From an uncultured Acidimicrobiales bacterium (lineage in GTDB: Bacteria; Actinomycetota; Acidimicrobiia; Acidimicrobiales; Aldehydirespiratoraceae), in assembly GCA_905480195.1 (NCBI GenBank), contig CAJQPN010000015.1, positions 32,785 through 96,784 of the forward strand: a DNA stretch of 64,000 nt. Direction: 5' to 3'. This document shows positions 1-10,065 of the stretch, piece by piece (position 1 is the stretch's first letter; each line of letters starts with the position of its first letter). A model generated the notes under the pieces. That model did no database searches. It was not told where the DNA came from and was given only the letters and a program-made list of their open reading frames with translations. The translations under genes and the position numbers were made by a program.

Positions 1-702
1 ATCCTCACCGATGACCTGAAGGCGAAACTCAACGCAGTGGCAACGCCGACCTTGGCGGGTGCGCTTCAGGACCGCGGCATCGAGAACGGCATCCTTGTCG
101 GCCTGAAGCCGACCCGTCCTGATCTGCGTCTGCTCGGCTATGCCCACACCCTTCGCTATGTGCCCAAGGCCCCGGAGTTCAACGCCCGAACCAAGGGCCG
201 CAACATGCAGCGTTTCGCCATCGAGACGATCGAGGCTGACGAGGTGCTGATCATGGAGGCCCGTTACGAGGTCCTCGCCGGCACCATTGGCGACATCTAC
301 TCGATGCGGGTCAAGCAGCGCGGCGGTACCGGTGTGATCACCGACGGCTGCCTGCGCGACACCCCCGGTATCACTGACATCGATCTGCCCGTCTACCACT
401 TCGCCTCACACGGCGCCCGGGTCGGCCGGGTCCACACAGCACTCGACCACCAGGTCCCGATCGTGTGCGCGGGTGTCACCGTCTTTCCCGGCGACATTCT
501 CGTCGGCGATGCCGAAGGGGTCTGTGTGCTCCCGGCCCGCATCGCCGAAGAAATCGCCGATCAGTGCGTCGAGGACGAACTCCGTGAAGAGTGGGGTCTG
601 TGGCGAGTTTCCGAAGGTGAGTCGATCGAAACCACGTTCCCCATGCACGAGAGCCGCCGCGCTGAGTACGAGAACTGGAAACGCAACGTAAAGGGTTGTT
701 AG
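1..702 (+). CDS. RraA-family / 4-hydroxy-4-methyl-2-oxoglutarate aldolase-like protein (5' end probably outside window)
   Basis: Frame 1 is open from base 1 into track ORF 37..702. Translation shows RraA/HMG-aldolase-like blocks (GTIGDIYSMR...GGTGVITDGCLRD...GDILVGDAEGVCVLP). Confidence 0.7.
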   Translation: MLTDDLKAKLNAVATPTLAGALQDRGIENGILVGLKPTRPDLRLLGYAHTLRYVPKAPEFNARTKGRNMQRFAIETIEADEVLIMEARYEVLAGTIGDIYSMRVKQRGGTGVITDGCLRDTPGITDIDLPVYHFASHGARVGRVHTALDHQVPIVCAGVTVFPGDILVGDAEGVCVLPARIAEEIADQCVEDELREEWGLWRVSEGESIETTFPMHESRRAEYENWKRNVKGC

Positions 703-843
703 TCCAAGCCCATCACGAGCTTGGCTGCCGGCGCGGCCAGGGCTGGCTCTGGTCGCCCGCCGCCGATCCGGTGGAAATACCTGCGCTCCTGCGCGCTCCC
801 AAGCACTGACCCACGTGCGCCACTGGCCGCCTAGCATCCGGCC

Positions 844-2004
844 ATGGACTTCTCGCCGAATCCCGACCACGACGTGATCATCGAGGCGGTTGATGCAGTC
901 TGCGCGCAGTACGACGACACCTACTGGGCCGAACGCGACGACAAGCACGAGTTCCCGTGGGCCTTCTACGACGACATGGCAGCCGGTGGTTGGATCGGCA
1001 TCGCGATTCCGGAGGAGTACGGCGGCGGGGGCCAAGGCATCACCGAAGGTGCGTTGGTCCTGAACCGGGTCGCGGCGAGTGGCGCGGCGATGAACGGCTC
1101 GACTGCGCTGCACCTCACGATGTTCGGGCTCAACCCGGTCGTGAAATTCGGCAACGATCGCCTCAAGGAGACGTTCCTTCCTCGCGCCGCAGCGGGTGAT
1201 TTACACGTGGCTTTCGGTGTGACCGAACCCGATGCCGGCACTGACACGAGCCGGATCGTGACCCGTGCGGTCGAAGACGGCATGGGTGGCTGGATCGTCA
1301 ACGGTCGCAAGATCTGGACGAGCAAGGCACTCGAATCCGAGGTCTGCCTCCTCCTTGCTCGCACCGACGGCGAACCCGGTTCCTTCAACGGGCTCACTCT
1401 CTTTCTGGTCGACCTCGACCCCGCCCACTGTGACATCGCGCCGATCCCGAAGGTCGGCCGCAACGCGGTCGCATCGTGCGAGGTCGCCTACGACGACCTT
1501 CCGGTCGAGTCGTGGCGGATGGTCGGTGAGCGGGGCCGAGGGTTCCACCACATCTTGCACGGCCTCAACCCTGAGCGGATCCTGCTCGCCGGCATGGCCT
1601 GCGGTATCGGCGAAGCTGCGCTGCGGCGAGCGACGAACTACGCCATCGAGCGGGAGGTCTTCGGTCGACAGATTGGCGCGAACCAGGCGGTCTCCCACCC
1701 GCTGGCGAAGGCCCATATGGAGCTCAACGCAGCGATGACTCTGATGTGGCGCGCCGCGTGGATGTACGACAATGGGTACGAGTGCGGCGAGCTCGCCAAC
1801 ACGGCGAAGTACCTCGCGGCCGAGGCTTCGTTCTTCGCCGCCGATCAAGCGATGCAGACCCACGGTGGCCTGGGCTACGCCCGCGAGTACCACGTCGAGC
1901 GGTACTGGCGCGAGGCCCGATTGCAGCGGATCGCCCCGGTCAGCCAGGAGATGACGCTGAACTACATCGCCCAGAACGTGATGGGGCTCCCAAGAAGCTA
2001 CTGA
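844..2004 (+). CDS. acyl-CoA dehydrogenase
   Basis: 386-aa ORF with ACAD blocks (GVTEPDAGTD, GRKIWTSKA, C-terminal QTHGGLGYAREYHVERYWREARL). Confidence 0.9.
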   Translation: MDFSPNPDHDVIIEAVDAVCAQYDDTYWAERDDKHEFPWAFYDDMAAGGWIGIAIPEEYGGGGQGITEGALVLNRVAASGAAMNGSTALHLTMFGLNPVVKFGNDRLKETFLPRAAAGDLHVAFGVTEPDAGTDTSRIVTRAVEDGMGGWIVNGRKIWTSKALESEVCLLLARTDGEPGSFNGLTLFLVDLDPAHCDIAPIPKVGRNAVASCEVAYDDLPVESWRMVGERGRGFHHILHGLNPERILLAGMACGIGEAALRRATNYAIEREVFGRQIGANQAVSHPLAKAHMELNAAMTLMWRAAWMYDNGYECGELANTAKYLAAEASFFAADQAMQTHGGLGYAREYHVERYWREARLQRIAPVSQEMTLNYIAQNVMGLPRSY

Positions 2005-3267
2005 TCACCACTCGACGGGTAGACGCTCTAGACCCAACACGAAGTTCCCCGTGCGCTCCGGTCGCTTTGCGTGGGGACCGACGAGGCGGATCTCGGGTAG
2101 TCGGTCGAGGACCTCTTCGAACAGGACCGTGAGTTCGAGCCGGGCCAGGCTTGCTCCGAGGCAGAAGTGGCGCCCGTTCGCGCCGAACGCCTGGTGCTTA
2201 TTCGGCGACCGGGTGATGTCGAACTCGTGCGCGTTCGGGCCGAACTCGGCCTCGTCTCGATTGCCGGAGAGATACAGCAACAGTGTGCGATCGCCGGCCA
2301 GGATCGGTTGACCGCCGACTTCGACGTCGACCGTCGCCGTCCTGCTCATGTTGCGAACCGGTGTGACCCAGCGCAGCATCTCCTCGATCGCTCCTGGCAA
2401 CAGTGAGCGGTCGGCACGCAGCGCTTCGAGTTGCTCGGGATGCAAGAGAAGCGCCTCCAGTCCGCCCGACATCACGTGGCGGGTGGTCTCGTCGCCACCC
2501 ACCAGGATCAGCATCGTCTCGTAGATCAGATCTTCGGCCGACATCGGCTCGTCCCGGATCTCTGCATCGGGGTACATGAGCAGCGAGATCAGGTCTTCGG
2601 CTTCGGAATCGGTGCGAGTTCCCATCTCGGTGACGATGTACTCGACCCACTCCATCACCGCCCCCACGACCTGATCACGGAATTCCTCGTCGACGCCGCC
2701 GGTGGCAAAGAGATCGGACCAATGGAGGAGTTTCGCTTCGTCGGCCAGCGGGAGGCCCATGAGAGTGGCGATCATCCGGAGCGGGATTGGTGTTGCGATG
2801 TCGGTCACGAAGTCGCAGCCACCGTCGTCGATCACACCATCGATCAAGTCGGTGACGGTCGCTCGCAGGAAATCCTCGTGGGCAGCAACCCGTTTCGGCG
2901 TGAACCCTGACGAGACCAACCGACGGCGCCGCGTGTGATCGGGAGGGTCGGTGTTGATCATCGACGGCACCGACGACTCGGGACGCGAGCCCTTGACCGA
3001 ACAGAAGGTGACGTGGTCGGCCTCGACGCGTTGGATGTCGGCGTGGCGGGTGATCGCCCACAGTCCTGTCTCGTCGTCCCAGTAGGCCGGAGCGTGCTCG
3101 CGCATCCACGCCATCCGTTCGAACGGGTCGGCGTGGAAGTCGGTCGACATCACCACGACGTCGTCTCGCGTGGGATGTCCAGGTGTGCGATGGACGATTG
3201 TCGACTGGTCGAAGATGTAGTCGCTCAGCGGATTGTCGGCAGATTCGTCGGCGCGTGCATCAGCCAT
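2005..3267 (-). CDS. cytochrome P450
   Basis: 420-aa ORF with the heme-thiolate loop FGANGRHFCLGASLA and an ExxR region. Its stop abuts the stop of the convergent ACAD. Confidence 0.9.
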   Translation of the reverse strand: MADARADESADNPLSDYIFDQSTIVHRTPGHPTRDDVVVMSTDFHADPFERMAWMREHAPAYWDDETGLWAITRHADIQRVEADHVTFCSVKGSRPESSVPSMINTDPPDHTRRRRLVSSGFTPKRVAAHEDFLRATVTDLIDGVIDDGGCDFVTDIATPIPLRMIATLMGLPLADEAKLLHWSDLFATGGVDEEFRDQVVGAVMEWVEYIVTEMGTRTDSEAEDLISLLMYPDAEIRDEPMSAEDLIYETMLILVGGDETTRHVMSGGLEALLLHPEQLEALRADRSLLPGAIEEMLRWVTPVRNMSRTATVDVEVGGQPILAGDRTLLLYLSGNRDEAEFGPNAHEFDITRSPNKHQAFGANGRHFCLGASLARLELTVLFEEVLDRLPEIRLVGPHAKRPERTGNFVLGLERLPVEW

Positions 3268-3281
3268 GGTCGCCGAGTCTG

Positions 3282-4394
3282 TCAGACACGCGGCTCGCGG
3301 GGCAGTCCGAGCACACGCTCGCCGAGGATGTTCCGCATCACGTTCGACGTTCCACCCATGATCGTGTACGCAGGGTTGTACGCGAACGCATGGGTGGCGA
3401 GGCTGTCAGTAACCGCCTCCATCCCCAGCGTCCTGGCTGCAAAGTTGGCCACCCGCTGCTGATGCTCGGTGCAGAAGCACTTGGTGGCGGCACTGAATCC
3501 GGCCGGTGCCTGCTTGAGCACTTCGCGATACACAAGGATCCGGCCGAGCCGGTAACCCGTCTCGAGTGCTGCGATCTCTTGACGCACGAGTGGATCGTCG
3601 GTGTCGGCCGCGGCGAGCGCGCGCAGATAGAGCGGTTTGTTGGAGACGAGACGATCGATGCCGCCTCGTTCGTGCTCGAGTTGGGTCATGGTCTGCTTGA
3701 ACGCAGCACCCTCATCGCCGACGAGATTTTCGACCGGCACACGGACATCGGTGAAGAAGACCTCGCAGAAGTGCTGGTTCGTCGTCATGTCCTTGATCGG
3801 TCGAACCTCGATCCCGGGAAGATCCATCGGCACGATCACTTCGCTGACACCCTTGTGAGGTGGGCCGTCCGTCGTCGTGCGACAGATCAGGTAGATGTAA
3901 TCGGACGTGGCTGCGAACGACGTCCAAATCTTCTGCCCGTTGACCACGAACACATCGCCGTCACGAATCGCTGACGTTTTGAGATTCGCCAGATCCGAAC
4001 CTGCATCAGGCTCACTCATGCCGATGCACCAGGTGCTTTCACCGCTGAGCATTCCAGGGAGAAACTCCGCCTGCTGATCGGGCGTGCCGTAGTTGATGAG
4101 CGCAGGACCCATCTGCCGATCGGCGAACCAGCTCGCAGCAATGGGGGCGCCCACCGAGATCATCTCCTCGCCCATGATGATTCGTGCGAGGTTCGACTGA
4201 CCGCCACCACCGAACTCGGTCGGCCAGGTCATACCGATCCAGCCTTCGGTGCTCAGCCGTTTGCTGAACTCTTTCGAATAGCCGTTGATCCACGAATCGG
4301 TGTGCGCCCCGAACTCGGCGACACCTTCTGCAGCGAGCGCTCGTGCTCGCTCACGGAGTGCCTGGAGTTCGGTTGGCAGTTCGAAGTCGAGCAT
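3282..4394 (-). CDS. acyl-CoA dehydrogenase
   Basis: ACAD homology starts at MLDFELPTELQALRERA. The ATG at 4394 is preceded by GGAGGAGG. The upstream 93 codons of track ORF 3282..4673 look non-coding. Confidence 0.9.
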   Translation of the reverse strand: MLDFELPTELQALRERARALAAEGVAEFGAHTDSWINGYSKEFSKRLSTEGWIGMTWPTEFGGGGQSNLARIIMGEEMISVGAPIAASWFADRQMGPALINYGTPDQQAEFLPGMLSGESTWCIGMSEPDAGSDLANLKTSAIRDGDVFVVNGQKIWTSFAATSDYIYLICRTTTDGPPHKGVSEVIVPMDLPGIEVRPIKDMTTNQHFCEVFFTDVRVPVENLVGDEGAAFKQTMTQLEHERGGIDRLVSNKPLYLRALAAADTDDPLVRQEIAALETGYRLGRILVYREVLKQAPAGFSAATKCFCTEHQQRVANFAARTLGMEAVTDSLATHAFAYNPAYTIMGGTSNVMRNILGERVLGLPREPRV

Positions 4395-4430
4395 CGACGA
4401 TACCTCCTCCGGCAACGGTAGCTTCGCCCG

Positions 4431-4880
4431 GTGGCCTTCACCCCAGCGGACCCGAACTGGCGAACGCGTATCGATCGGGAGTTCGCGGCGCAGCATTACA
4501 TGCGCACGATCAGCACCACGCTCGGCAGCGTCGCACCCGGAGAGGTCGATGTGGTCGTCGAGAACCACAAGGCGATCGGGCAGCAGTACGGCTACGTGCA
4601 CGGCGGGGTCGTCGGTGCGTTGCTTGACACGGCCTGCGGCTTTTCGACAATGACGTTGTTGCCGAGCGATCACATCGTCTTGACGGTTGAGTACAAGGTG
4701 AACTTCCTTCGCCCCGCAGAGGGCGAGTACTTCATCGCTTCAGGTCGAGTCGTAAAAGCCGGACGCACGATCCTCGTGTGTGAGGCAGCGCTCACCGCCG
4801 ACGGTGATTCCGACCGCCCCCTCGCCACCATGTCCGCCACGATGATGTCGACCCCCGATCGCGGTGTCGCTGCAGGCTGA
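4431..4880 (+). CDS. PaaI-family (hotdog) thioesterase
   Basis: 149-aa ORF with GYVHGGVVGALLDTACG, typical of PaaI/4HBT-type thioesterases. GTG start. Confidence 0.8.
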   Translation: MAFTPADPNWRTRIDREFAAQHYMRTISTTLGSVAPGEVDVVVENHKAIGQQYGYVHGGVVGALLDTACGFSTMTLLPSDHIVLTVEYKVNFLRPAEGEYFIASGRVVKAGRTILVCEAALTADGDSDRPLATMSATMMSTPDRGVAAG

Positions 4881-4882
4881 TC

Positions 4883-5377
4883 TCAGACGAAGTCGCCGGC
4901 CGCCGACCGCAACTCGAGGATGGCCTGGTCTGTCTCTGCCCGGGCGCGTGCGCCCATGCCCGCGACTCCGAACTCAATGTCGGCCAGTGCAGCCGCACCG
5001 CGTTCGGCCCGACTGCGCCCCTTTGCGGTCAGCACGGCCAGCGTCGTCCGGCGATCACTCGGGTGCGGTTCGCGGCGGACATAGCCGTCTGCTTCGAGAC
5101 GGTCGACGGTGTTGGTGACACTCGCCGGATGCACCTGTAGTCGGTCGCCGACCTTGCCCAGCGGCAGCTTCCCTTCTCGCGTGAACGACAAAAGCGCCAA
5201 CACCTCGAAGCGACTGAAGTTGAGGCCGAGCGGCGCAAGGGCGGCGTCGATCCGACCGGAGAGGATCTGATGCGCACGGGTGATCGAGGTGGCGGCGGTC
5301 ATTGCGTCGATCGCGCCCCACCCAGCGGAGCGCCAGTTCGCAGCCGCCTCCTCGATGGGGTCGAACTCGAGCGTCAC
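4883..5377 (-). CDS. MarR-family transcriptional regulator
   Basis: Winged-helix MarR pattern ([10 protein letters not shown]...[40 protein letters not shown]). Start placed at GTG 5377. The longer track ORF overlaps the divergent mutase gene. Confidence 0.8.
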   Translation of the reverse strand: MTLEFDPIEEAAANWRSAGWGAIDAMTAATSITRAHQILSGRIDAALAPLGLNFSRFEVLALLSFTREGKLPLGKVGDRLQVHPASVTNTVDRLEADGYVRREPHPSDRRTTLAVLTAKGRSRAERGAAALADIEFGVAGMGARARAETDQAILELRSAAGDFV

Positions 5378-5394
5378 GTGCAGTATCCTACGAA

Positions 5395-5420
5395 CAAATA
5401 CTTGGACGTCAAAGTATTTG
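5395..5420. promoter_or_regulatory. 26-bp near-perfect palindrome, candidate MarR operator in the marR/mutase divergent region
   Basis: CAAATACTTGGACGTCAAAGTATTTG: 12 of 13 positions pair. It is AT-rich within GC-rich DNA. It ends at the GGAGGG Shine-Dalgarno sequence 10 nt before the mutase ATG (5431) and lies 18 nt from the marR start. Confidence 0.6.
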
Positions 5421-5430
5421 GAGGGCCGGT

Positions 5431-7056
5431 ATGAGCGAACAACCACGTTGGCAAGAGCACTACGACGCCACCCATCTGCGCGACGTGCCATTCGAGACGA
5501 TGTCGGGGGTGCCGGTCGACCCCGTCCACGGCGACGAGCCACTCCCTGGGCAGTACCCCTTCACCCGCGGTCTCCACGCGGCCGGTTACCGATCGCGCCT
5601 GTGGACAATGCGCATGTTTGCCGGCTTCGGAACCGCAGAAGACACCAACGCCCGCTTCAAGGAGATCCTCCGCAACGGTGGCACCGGACTCTCCACCGCC
5701 TTCGACATGCCCACCTTGATGGGCTACGACTCCGATTCGCCATGGGCGCTGGGTGAGGTCGGCCGAGCCGGCGTTGCGGTCGACACTCTTCGCGACATGG
5801 AAGATCTCTACGCCGACATCGATCTCAGCTCGGTATCGACGTCGATGACCATCAATGGACCCGCCGCTGCCGTGCTTGCGATGTACATCGCCGTCGGCGA
5901 GAAAAGCGGCGTCGCCAGAGCCGACCTGGCGGGCACGATCCAGAACGACATCTTGAAGGAATACCAGGCCCAGAAGGAATACATTTACCCTCCCCGACCG
6001 AGCATGCGGATCGTCACCGACATGATCCACTACACCTCGGCCGAGATGCCGAGGTGGCACCCCGTCTCGATCTCGGGCTACCACATCCGCGAAGCAGGCT
6101 CGACTGCGGCGCAAGAACTCGCCTTCACGCTCGCGAACGGCTTTGCCTACGTCGAAGCTGCACTGGCCGGGGGCCAAGACGTCGATCAGTTCGGCCGACG
6201 TCTCTCCTTCTTCTTCAATGCCCACTCCGATTTCTTCGAGGAGATCGGGAAGTACCGGGCAGCCCGCCGGATCTGGGCCCGCTGGATGAAGGGCCGCTAC
6301 GGGGCCACCGACGAACGGGCGATGATGTGCCGCTTCCACACCCAGACCGCTGGTGTCTCGCTCACTGCGCAACAGCCCGAGAACAACATTGCCCGCGTTG
6401 CGATCCAAGCGCTGTCGGCCGCGCTCGGCGGCACCCAGTCGCTGCACACCGACTCCTTTGACGAGGCCCTCGCCCTCCCCACCGAAAAGGCAGCCCGTAT
6501 CGCACTGCGCACCCAGCAGATCGTCGCTCACGAGACAGGCGTGACAAACGTGGTCGACCCTCTCGGCGGCGCACCCTACGTCGAGTGGATGACTGACGAG
6601 ATGGAACGCCAGGCCGAAGTGATCTTCGCGCATCTCGACGAGTTGGGTAACGGCTCAATCCTCGAAGGCGTCTATGCCGGGATCGACAACGGCTACTTCG
6701 TTGGTGAGATCGCCGACAGCGCGTACCGTTTCGAGCGAGAAGTGAACGCTGGTCGCCGGATCATCGTCGGCGTCAACGATTTCGTCGAAGGCAACGAGGA
6801 CGACCAAACCAACCTGCTTCGCATCGACTCGACCACCGAAGAACTCCAGCGCAAGCGCCTCGAAACCGTCAAGCACGAACGCGACTCCGTTGCGGTCGAG
6901 GCAGCACTCGCTTCCTTGCGACGCGCTGCGGAAGACGCTTCGGTCAACCTCATGCCACCCCTCATCGATGCGGTCAAGACCTACGCAACCGAGGAAGAGA
7001 TCAGCAACGCCATGCGCGACGTGTTTGGCACCTACGTGGAACAGGCGATCGTGTGA
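5431..7056 (+). CDS. B12-dependent acyl-CoA mutase large (substrate-binding) subunit, isobutyryl-CoA-mutase-like signature
   Basis: Strong methylmalonyl-CoA mutase family similarity ([51 protein letters not shown]). ATG 5431 follows GGAGGG. Phe and Gln occupy the positions of MCM Tyr89/Arg207. Confidence 0.9.
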   Translation: MSEQPRWQEHYDATHLRDVPFETMSGVPVDPVHGDEPLPGQYPFTRGLHAAGYRSRLWTMRMFAGFGTAEDTNARFKEILRNGGTGLSTAFDMPTLMGYDSDSPWALGEVGRAGVAVDTLRDMEDLYADIDLSSVSTSMTINGPAAAVLAMYIAVGEKSGVARADLAGTIQNDILKEYQAQKEYIYPPRPSMRIVTDMIHYTSAEMPRWHPVSISGYHIREAGSTAAQELAFTLANGFAYVEAALAGGQDVDQFGRRLSFFFNAHSDFFEEIGKYRAARRIWARWMKGRYGATDERAMMCRFHTQTAGVSLTAQQPENNIARVAIQALSAALGGTQSLHTDSFDEALALPTEKAARIALRTQQIVAHETGVTNVVDPLGGAPYVEWMTDEMERQAEVIFAHLDELGNGSILEGVYAGIDNGYFVGEIADSAYRFEREVNAGRRIIVGVNDFVEGNEDDQTNLLRIDSTTEELQRKRLETVKHERDSVAVEAALASLRRAAEDASVNLMPPLIDAVKTYATEEEISNAMRDVFGTYVEQAIV

Positions 7057-7451
7057 GCGCCGAACCCGTCATCCGGATCGTCCTCGCCAAACTCGGCCTC
7101 GACGGCCACGACCGTGGCATCAAGGTCGTCGCTCGAATCCTGCGCGACGCCGGCATGGAAGTGATCTACCTCGGTCTCCGCCAGACCACCGCATCGATCA
7201 TCGCGGCAGCTGAGGAGGAGGACGCCGATGCCATCGGGTTATCGATGCACAACGCCGGGCACCTCGCCCTCGCTCCGGCGATGCTTGCTGCGCTCGACGA
7301 AGCCGACCTCGACATTCCGCTGATCATCGGCGGCATCGTTCCCGACCAAGACGTCCCGATCCTCGAGGCGGCTGGTGTCGCTGCGATCCTCGGCCCGGGC
7401 GCTCCCGCCGAAGAGGTCGTGGCCGCCGTCCGCAACGCCGTTTCCGCGTGA
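7053..7451 (+). CDS. acyl-CoA mutase small subunit (cobalamin-binding domain)
   Basis: 132 aa with the DxHxxG motif ([11 protein letters not shown]). GTG overlaps the upstream stop (GTGTGA). Confidence 0.9.
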   Translation: MSAEPVIRIVLAKLGLDGHDRGIKVVARILRDAGMEVIYLGLRQTTASIIAAAEEEDADAIGLSMHNAGHLALAPAMLAALDEADLDIPLIIGGIVPDQDVPILEAAGVAAILGPGAPAEEVVAAVRNAVSA

Positions 7452-7470
7452 CCGGCAGCAGCGACTCGGC

Positions 7471-8415
7471 GTGAGCGTCAGGGAGCTTTCCTCCGCCGAC
7501 TTGGTCGAGCGCGCCATCGACGGCAACCGTCGAGCGATCGGCCGAACCCTCACGCTGGTTGAACGGGGCGGTGAGATCGCCGACCAGATCACCGAACTGA
7601 CCCACCCGGCGGCCAAGGGGTCGCACGTGGTCGGCATCACTGGCGCACCCGGGGCTGGCAAGTCGACGTTGACCGGGCAATTGATCCGCCATCTCCCGAC
7701 GCTCGGCTTGCGACCGGCCGTTCTGGCCGTCGATCCATCGTCGCCGCTCACCGGTGGCGCCATCCTCGGTGACCGGGTTCGCATGGACGATGTAGCGGGT
7801 GACGGCGGGTTCATCCGTTCGGTTGCGACCCGCGGCCATGCGGGTGGGCTCGCCCTGTCTGTACCGGGCTCGGTGCGCGCCTTCGATGCATGTGGGTTCG
7901 ACCCAGTTTTGATCGAAACGGTCGGCGTCGGTCAGGTCGAGGTCGATGTTGCTGGAGCCGCCGACACCACCGTCGTCGTGGTCAACCCGGGGTGGGGCGA
8001 TGCCGTCCAGGCGAACAAGGCCGGTTTGCTTGAGGTCGCCGACGTGTTCGTCATCAACAAGGCCGACCGCGACGGCGCCAACGACACTCGTCGCGACCTG
8101 GAACTCATGCTCGATCTCAGCCATGTCAGCGGTCACGAAGACGAAACGGGCTATCGGCCGCCCATCATCATGACGACGGCAACCGCTGGCGACGGTGTTC
8201 AAGCACTGTGGGACGCCGTCACCGCCCACCGCACCCATCTCGAGGCCACCGGCCAGCTCGAACATCGTCGAGCAGCCCGCTTCCGCTACGAAGTCCGCAG
8301 CCGACTCGGCACACGGTTCGAGGCCTCGATCATCGCGGCCACGGCCGATCTCGAACCTGACGGTCGCTCACCTGCCGCAGTAGCGGTCGAACTGGCTGGT
8401 CATCTTCTGGCCTGA
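7471..8415 (+). CDS. meaB: MeaB/ArgK-type G-protein chaperone for B12 mutases
   Basis: P-loop GITGAPGAGKST and NKADR motif. Start placed at GTG 7471 just after the small-subunit stop. Confidence 0.85.
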   Translation: MSVRELSSADLVERAIDGNRRAIGRTLTLVERGGEIADQITELTHPAAKGSHVVGITGAPGAGKSTLTGQLIRHLPTLGLRPAVLAVDPSSPLTGGAILGDRVRMDDVAGDGGFIRSVATRGHAGGLALSVPGSVRAFDACGFDPVLIETVGVGQVEVDVAGAADTTVVVVNPGWGDAVQANKAGLLEVADVFVINKADRDGANDTRRDLELMLDLSHVSGHEDETGYRPPIIMTTATAGDGVQALWDAVTAHRTHLEATGQLEHRRAARFRYEVRSRLGTRFEASIIAATADLEPDGRSPAAVAVELAGHLLA

Positions 8416-8443
8416 GCCGAGCCTCGGACCTAGGGTCGCGGGC

Positions 8444-9172
8444 ATGGGACGACTCGACGGCAAGCACGTACTGATCACGGGCGGTGCCCGCGGCATGGGA
8501 GCAGCGGAGGCAGCGCTCTTCGTCGGCGAAGGTGCCACCGTGTGCATCGCAGACATCCTCGACGAGGAGGGTGAAGCCACCGCTGATGCGCTCGGTGACG
8601 CCGCCAACTACCACCACCTCGACGTTCGCGACGCTGCCGCCTGGGCGAAGACCGTCGAAGGTTGCCTCGCCTCCTACGGCAAGATCGACTGCCTGGTCAA
8701 CAACGCTGGCGTCTATCGCGAAGGCAACCTTGAGACGACCACAGCGCAGGACTGGGAGTTCCAGATCGGCATCAACCAGACCGGCGTGTTGCTCGGAATG
8801 CAAGCGGTGGCACCGTCAATGCGCGAGAAGCAAGGTGGCAGCATCGTGAACATCTCGTCGATTGCGGGGCTGCGGGGCACGCCGAACTGCATCAGCTACG
8901 GCGCTTCCAAGTGGGCCGTGCGGGGCATGACGAAGAGCGCCGCCAAGGAGCTCGCGCCGTTCAACGTGCGGGTCAACTCGATCCACCCCGGCCTGATCGA
9001 GACCGACATGCTGCCGCTCGTTGGACCACCGGAGATGATGGGCGCAATGGTGCCGCTGGGGCGAACCGCCCACGCCGACGAAGTCGCTGATACGGCGCTC
9101 TTCCTTGCCTCCGACGACTCGAAGTACACGACCGGAACCGAGTTCGTCGTCGACGGTGGCTTCACCGCATGA
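8444..9172 (+). CDS. SDR-family oxidoreductase
   Basis: TGGARGMG cofactor motif and YGASKWAVRG catalytic YxxxK. Confidence 0.9.
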   Translation: MGRLDGKHVLITGGARGMGAAEAALFVGEGATVCIADILDEEGEATADALGDAANYHHLDVRDAAAWAKTVEGCLASYGKIDCLVNNAGVYREGNLETTTAQDWEFQIGINQTGVLLGMQAVAPSMREKQGGSIVNISSIAGLRGTPNCISYGASKWAVRGMTKSAAKELAPFNVRVNSIHPGLIETDMLPLVGPPEMMGAMVPLGRTAHADEVADTALFLASDDSKYTTGTEFVVDGGFTA

Positions 9173-9999
9173 GTGAGTGGACCCGGATCCGGTACGACCA
9201 TCCGGCCGACCGAGTCGCCCGTATCACCCTCGCCCGGCCTGAGACGGCCAATGCACAGGACTACCGCATGTTGTCGGAGCTCAACGAGGCGTTCGACGAG
9301 GCGGCGCGAGATGACGACATCCGCGTCATCGTCCTCGCTGCCGACGGCAACCATTTCTCGTCGGGTCACGATCTGCGTGATGACCCGGACATGGCTGACT
9401 TCGAGCCGGTTGGCACCCAATGTCACTTCGAGGCCGAAGGCGCCGAGGGTTACATGGCTCGTGAGGCCGAGATGTACATCGGGTTGTGCTGGCGGTGGCG
9501 CAACATCCCCAAGCCGACCATCGCGTCGGTCCAGGGCAAGGTCATCGCTGGCGGTCTCATGCTCGTGTGGCCGATGGACATGATCGTGTGCAGCGACGAC
9601 GCCACGTTCTCCGATCCGGTCGTTGCGTTCGGCGTGAACGGCCACGAGTACTTCGTGCATCCCTACGAGGCCGGTCAGCGCCTGGCGAAAGACATGCTCT
9701 TCACCGGCCGGTCGATCAGCGCAAGCGAGGCGCTGCAGCACGGCATGGTCAACCGGGTGGTTGCACGCGACCAACTCGAAACACAGACACTTGCGCTCGC
9801 ATCACACATCGCAAAGCGGCCCATGTTCGGGCTGACCCTCGCCAAGCAGTCGGTCAACAACTCGATGGACGCGATGGGCATGTACACGTCGATTCAATCT
9901 GCGTTCGGGCTGCACCACGTCGGCCACAACCACAACCGTCTCGTGCACGGTGCTCTCGTCGACCCCGAAGGCGTTCAGGTCATTCGCAGCGAGGCATAG
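9169..9999 (+). CDS. enoyl-CoA hydratase/isomerase (crotonase) family protein
   Basis: Crotonase fold blocks (VIVLAADGNHFSSGHDL, GKVIAGGLMLVWPMDMIV). ATGA overlap with the SDR stop. Confidence 0.9.
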   Translation: MSEWTRIRYDHPADRVARITLARPETANAQDYRMLSELNEAFDEAARDDDIRVIVLAADGNHFSSGHDLRDDPDMADFEPVGTQCHFEAEGAEGYMAREAEMYIGLCWRWRNIPKPTIASVQGKVIAGGLMLVWPMDMIVCSDDATFSDPVVAFGVNGHEYFVHPYEAGQRLAKDMLFTGRSISASEALQHGMVNRVVARDQLETQTLALASHIAKRPMFGLTLAKQSVNNSMDAMGMYTSIQSAFGLHHVGHNHNRLVHGALVDPEGVQVIRSEA

Positions 10000-10065
10000 A
10001 CGTCGCCCACCCTGGTTGCAAGCTCGCAGCGAACCCGGACAGGGACACGGTCGGCGTATGGCGCG

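Noticed and set aside
5374-6633. 419-aa minus-strand ORF, and similar long antisense ORFs (46857..48191, 48368..49705, 52173..53498, 10069..11016, 42031..42978)
   Set aside because: Each is antisense to a CDS with strong family signatures (mutase, SDR/crotonase, lipoprotein, nrdA, FDH Fe-S fragment, nucleoside hydrolase). Their composition is low-complexity and R/G/P/D-rich, so I treat them as frame shadows.
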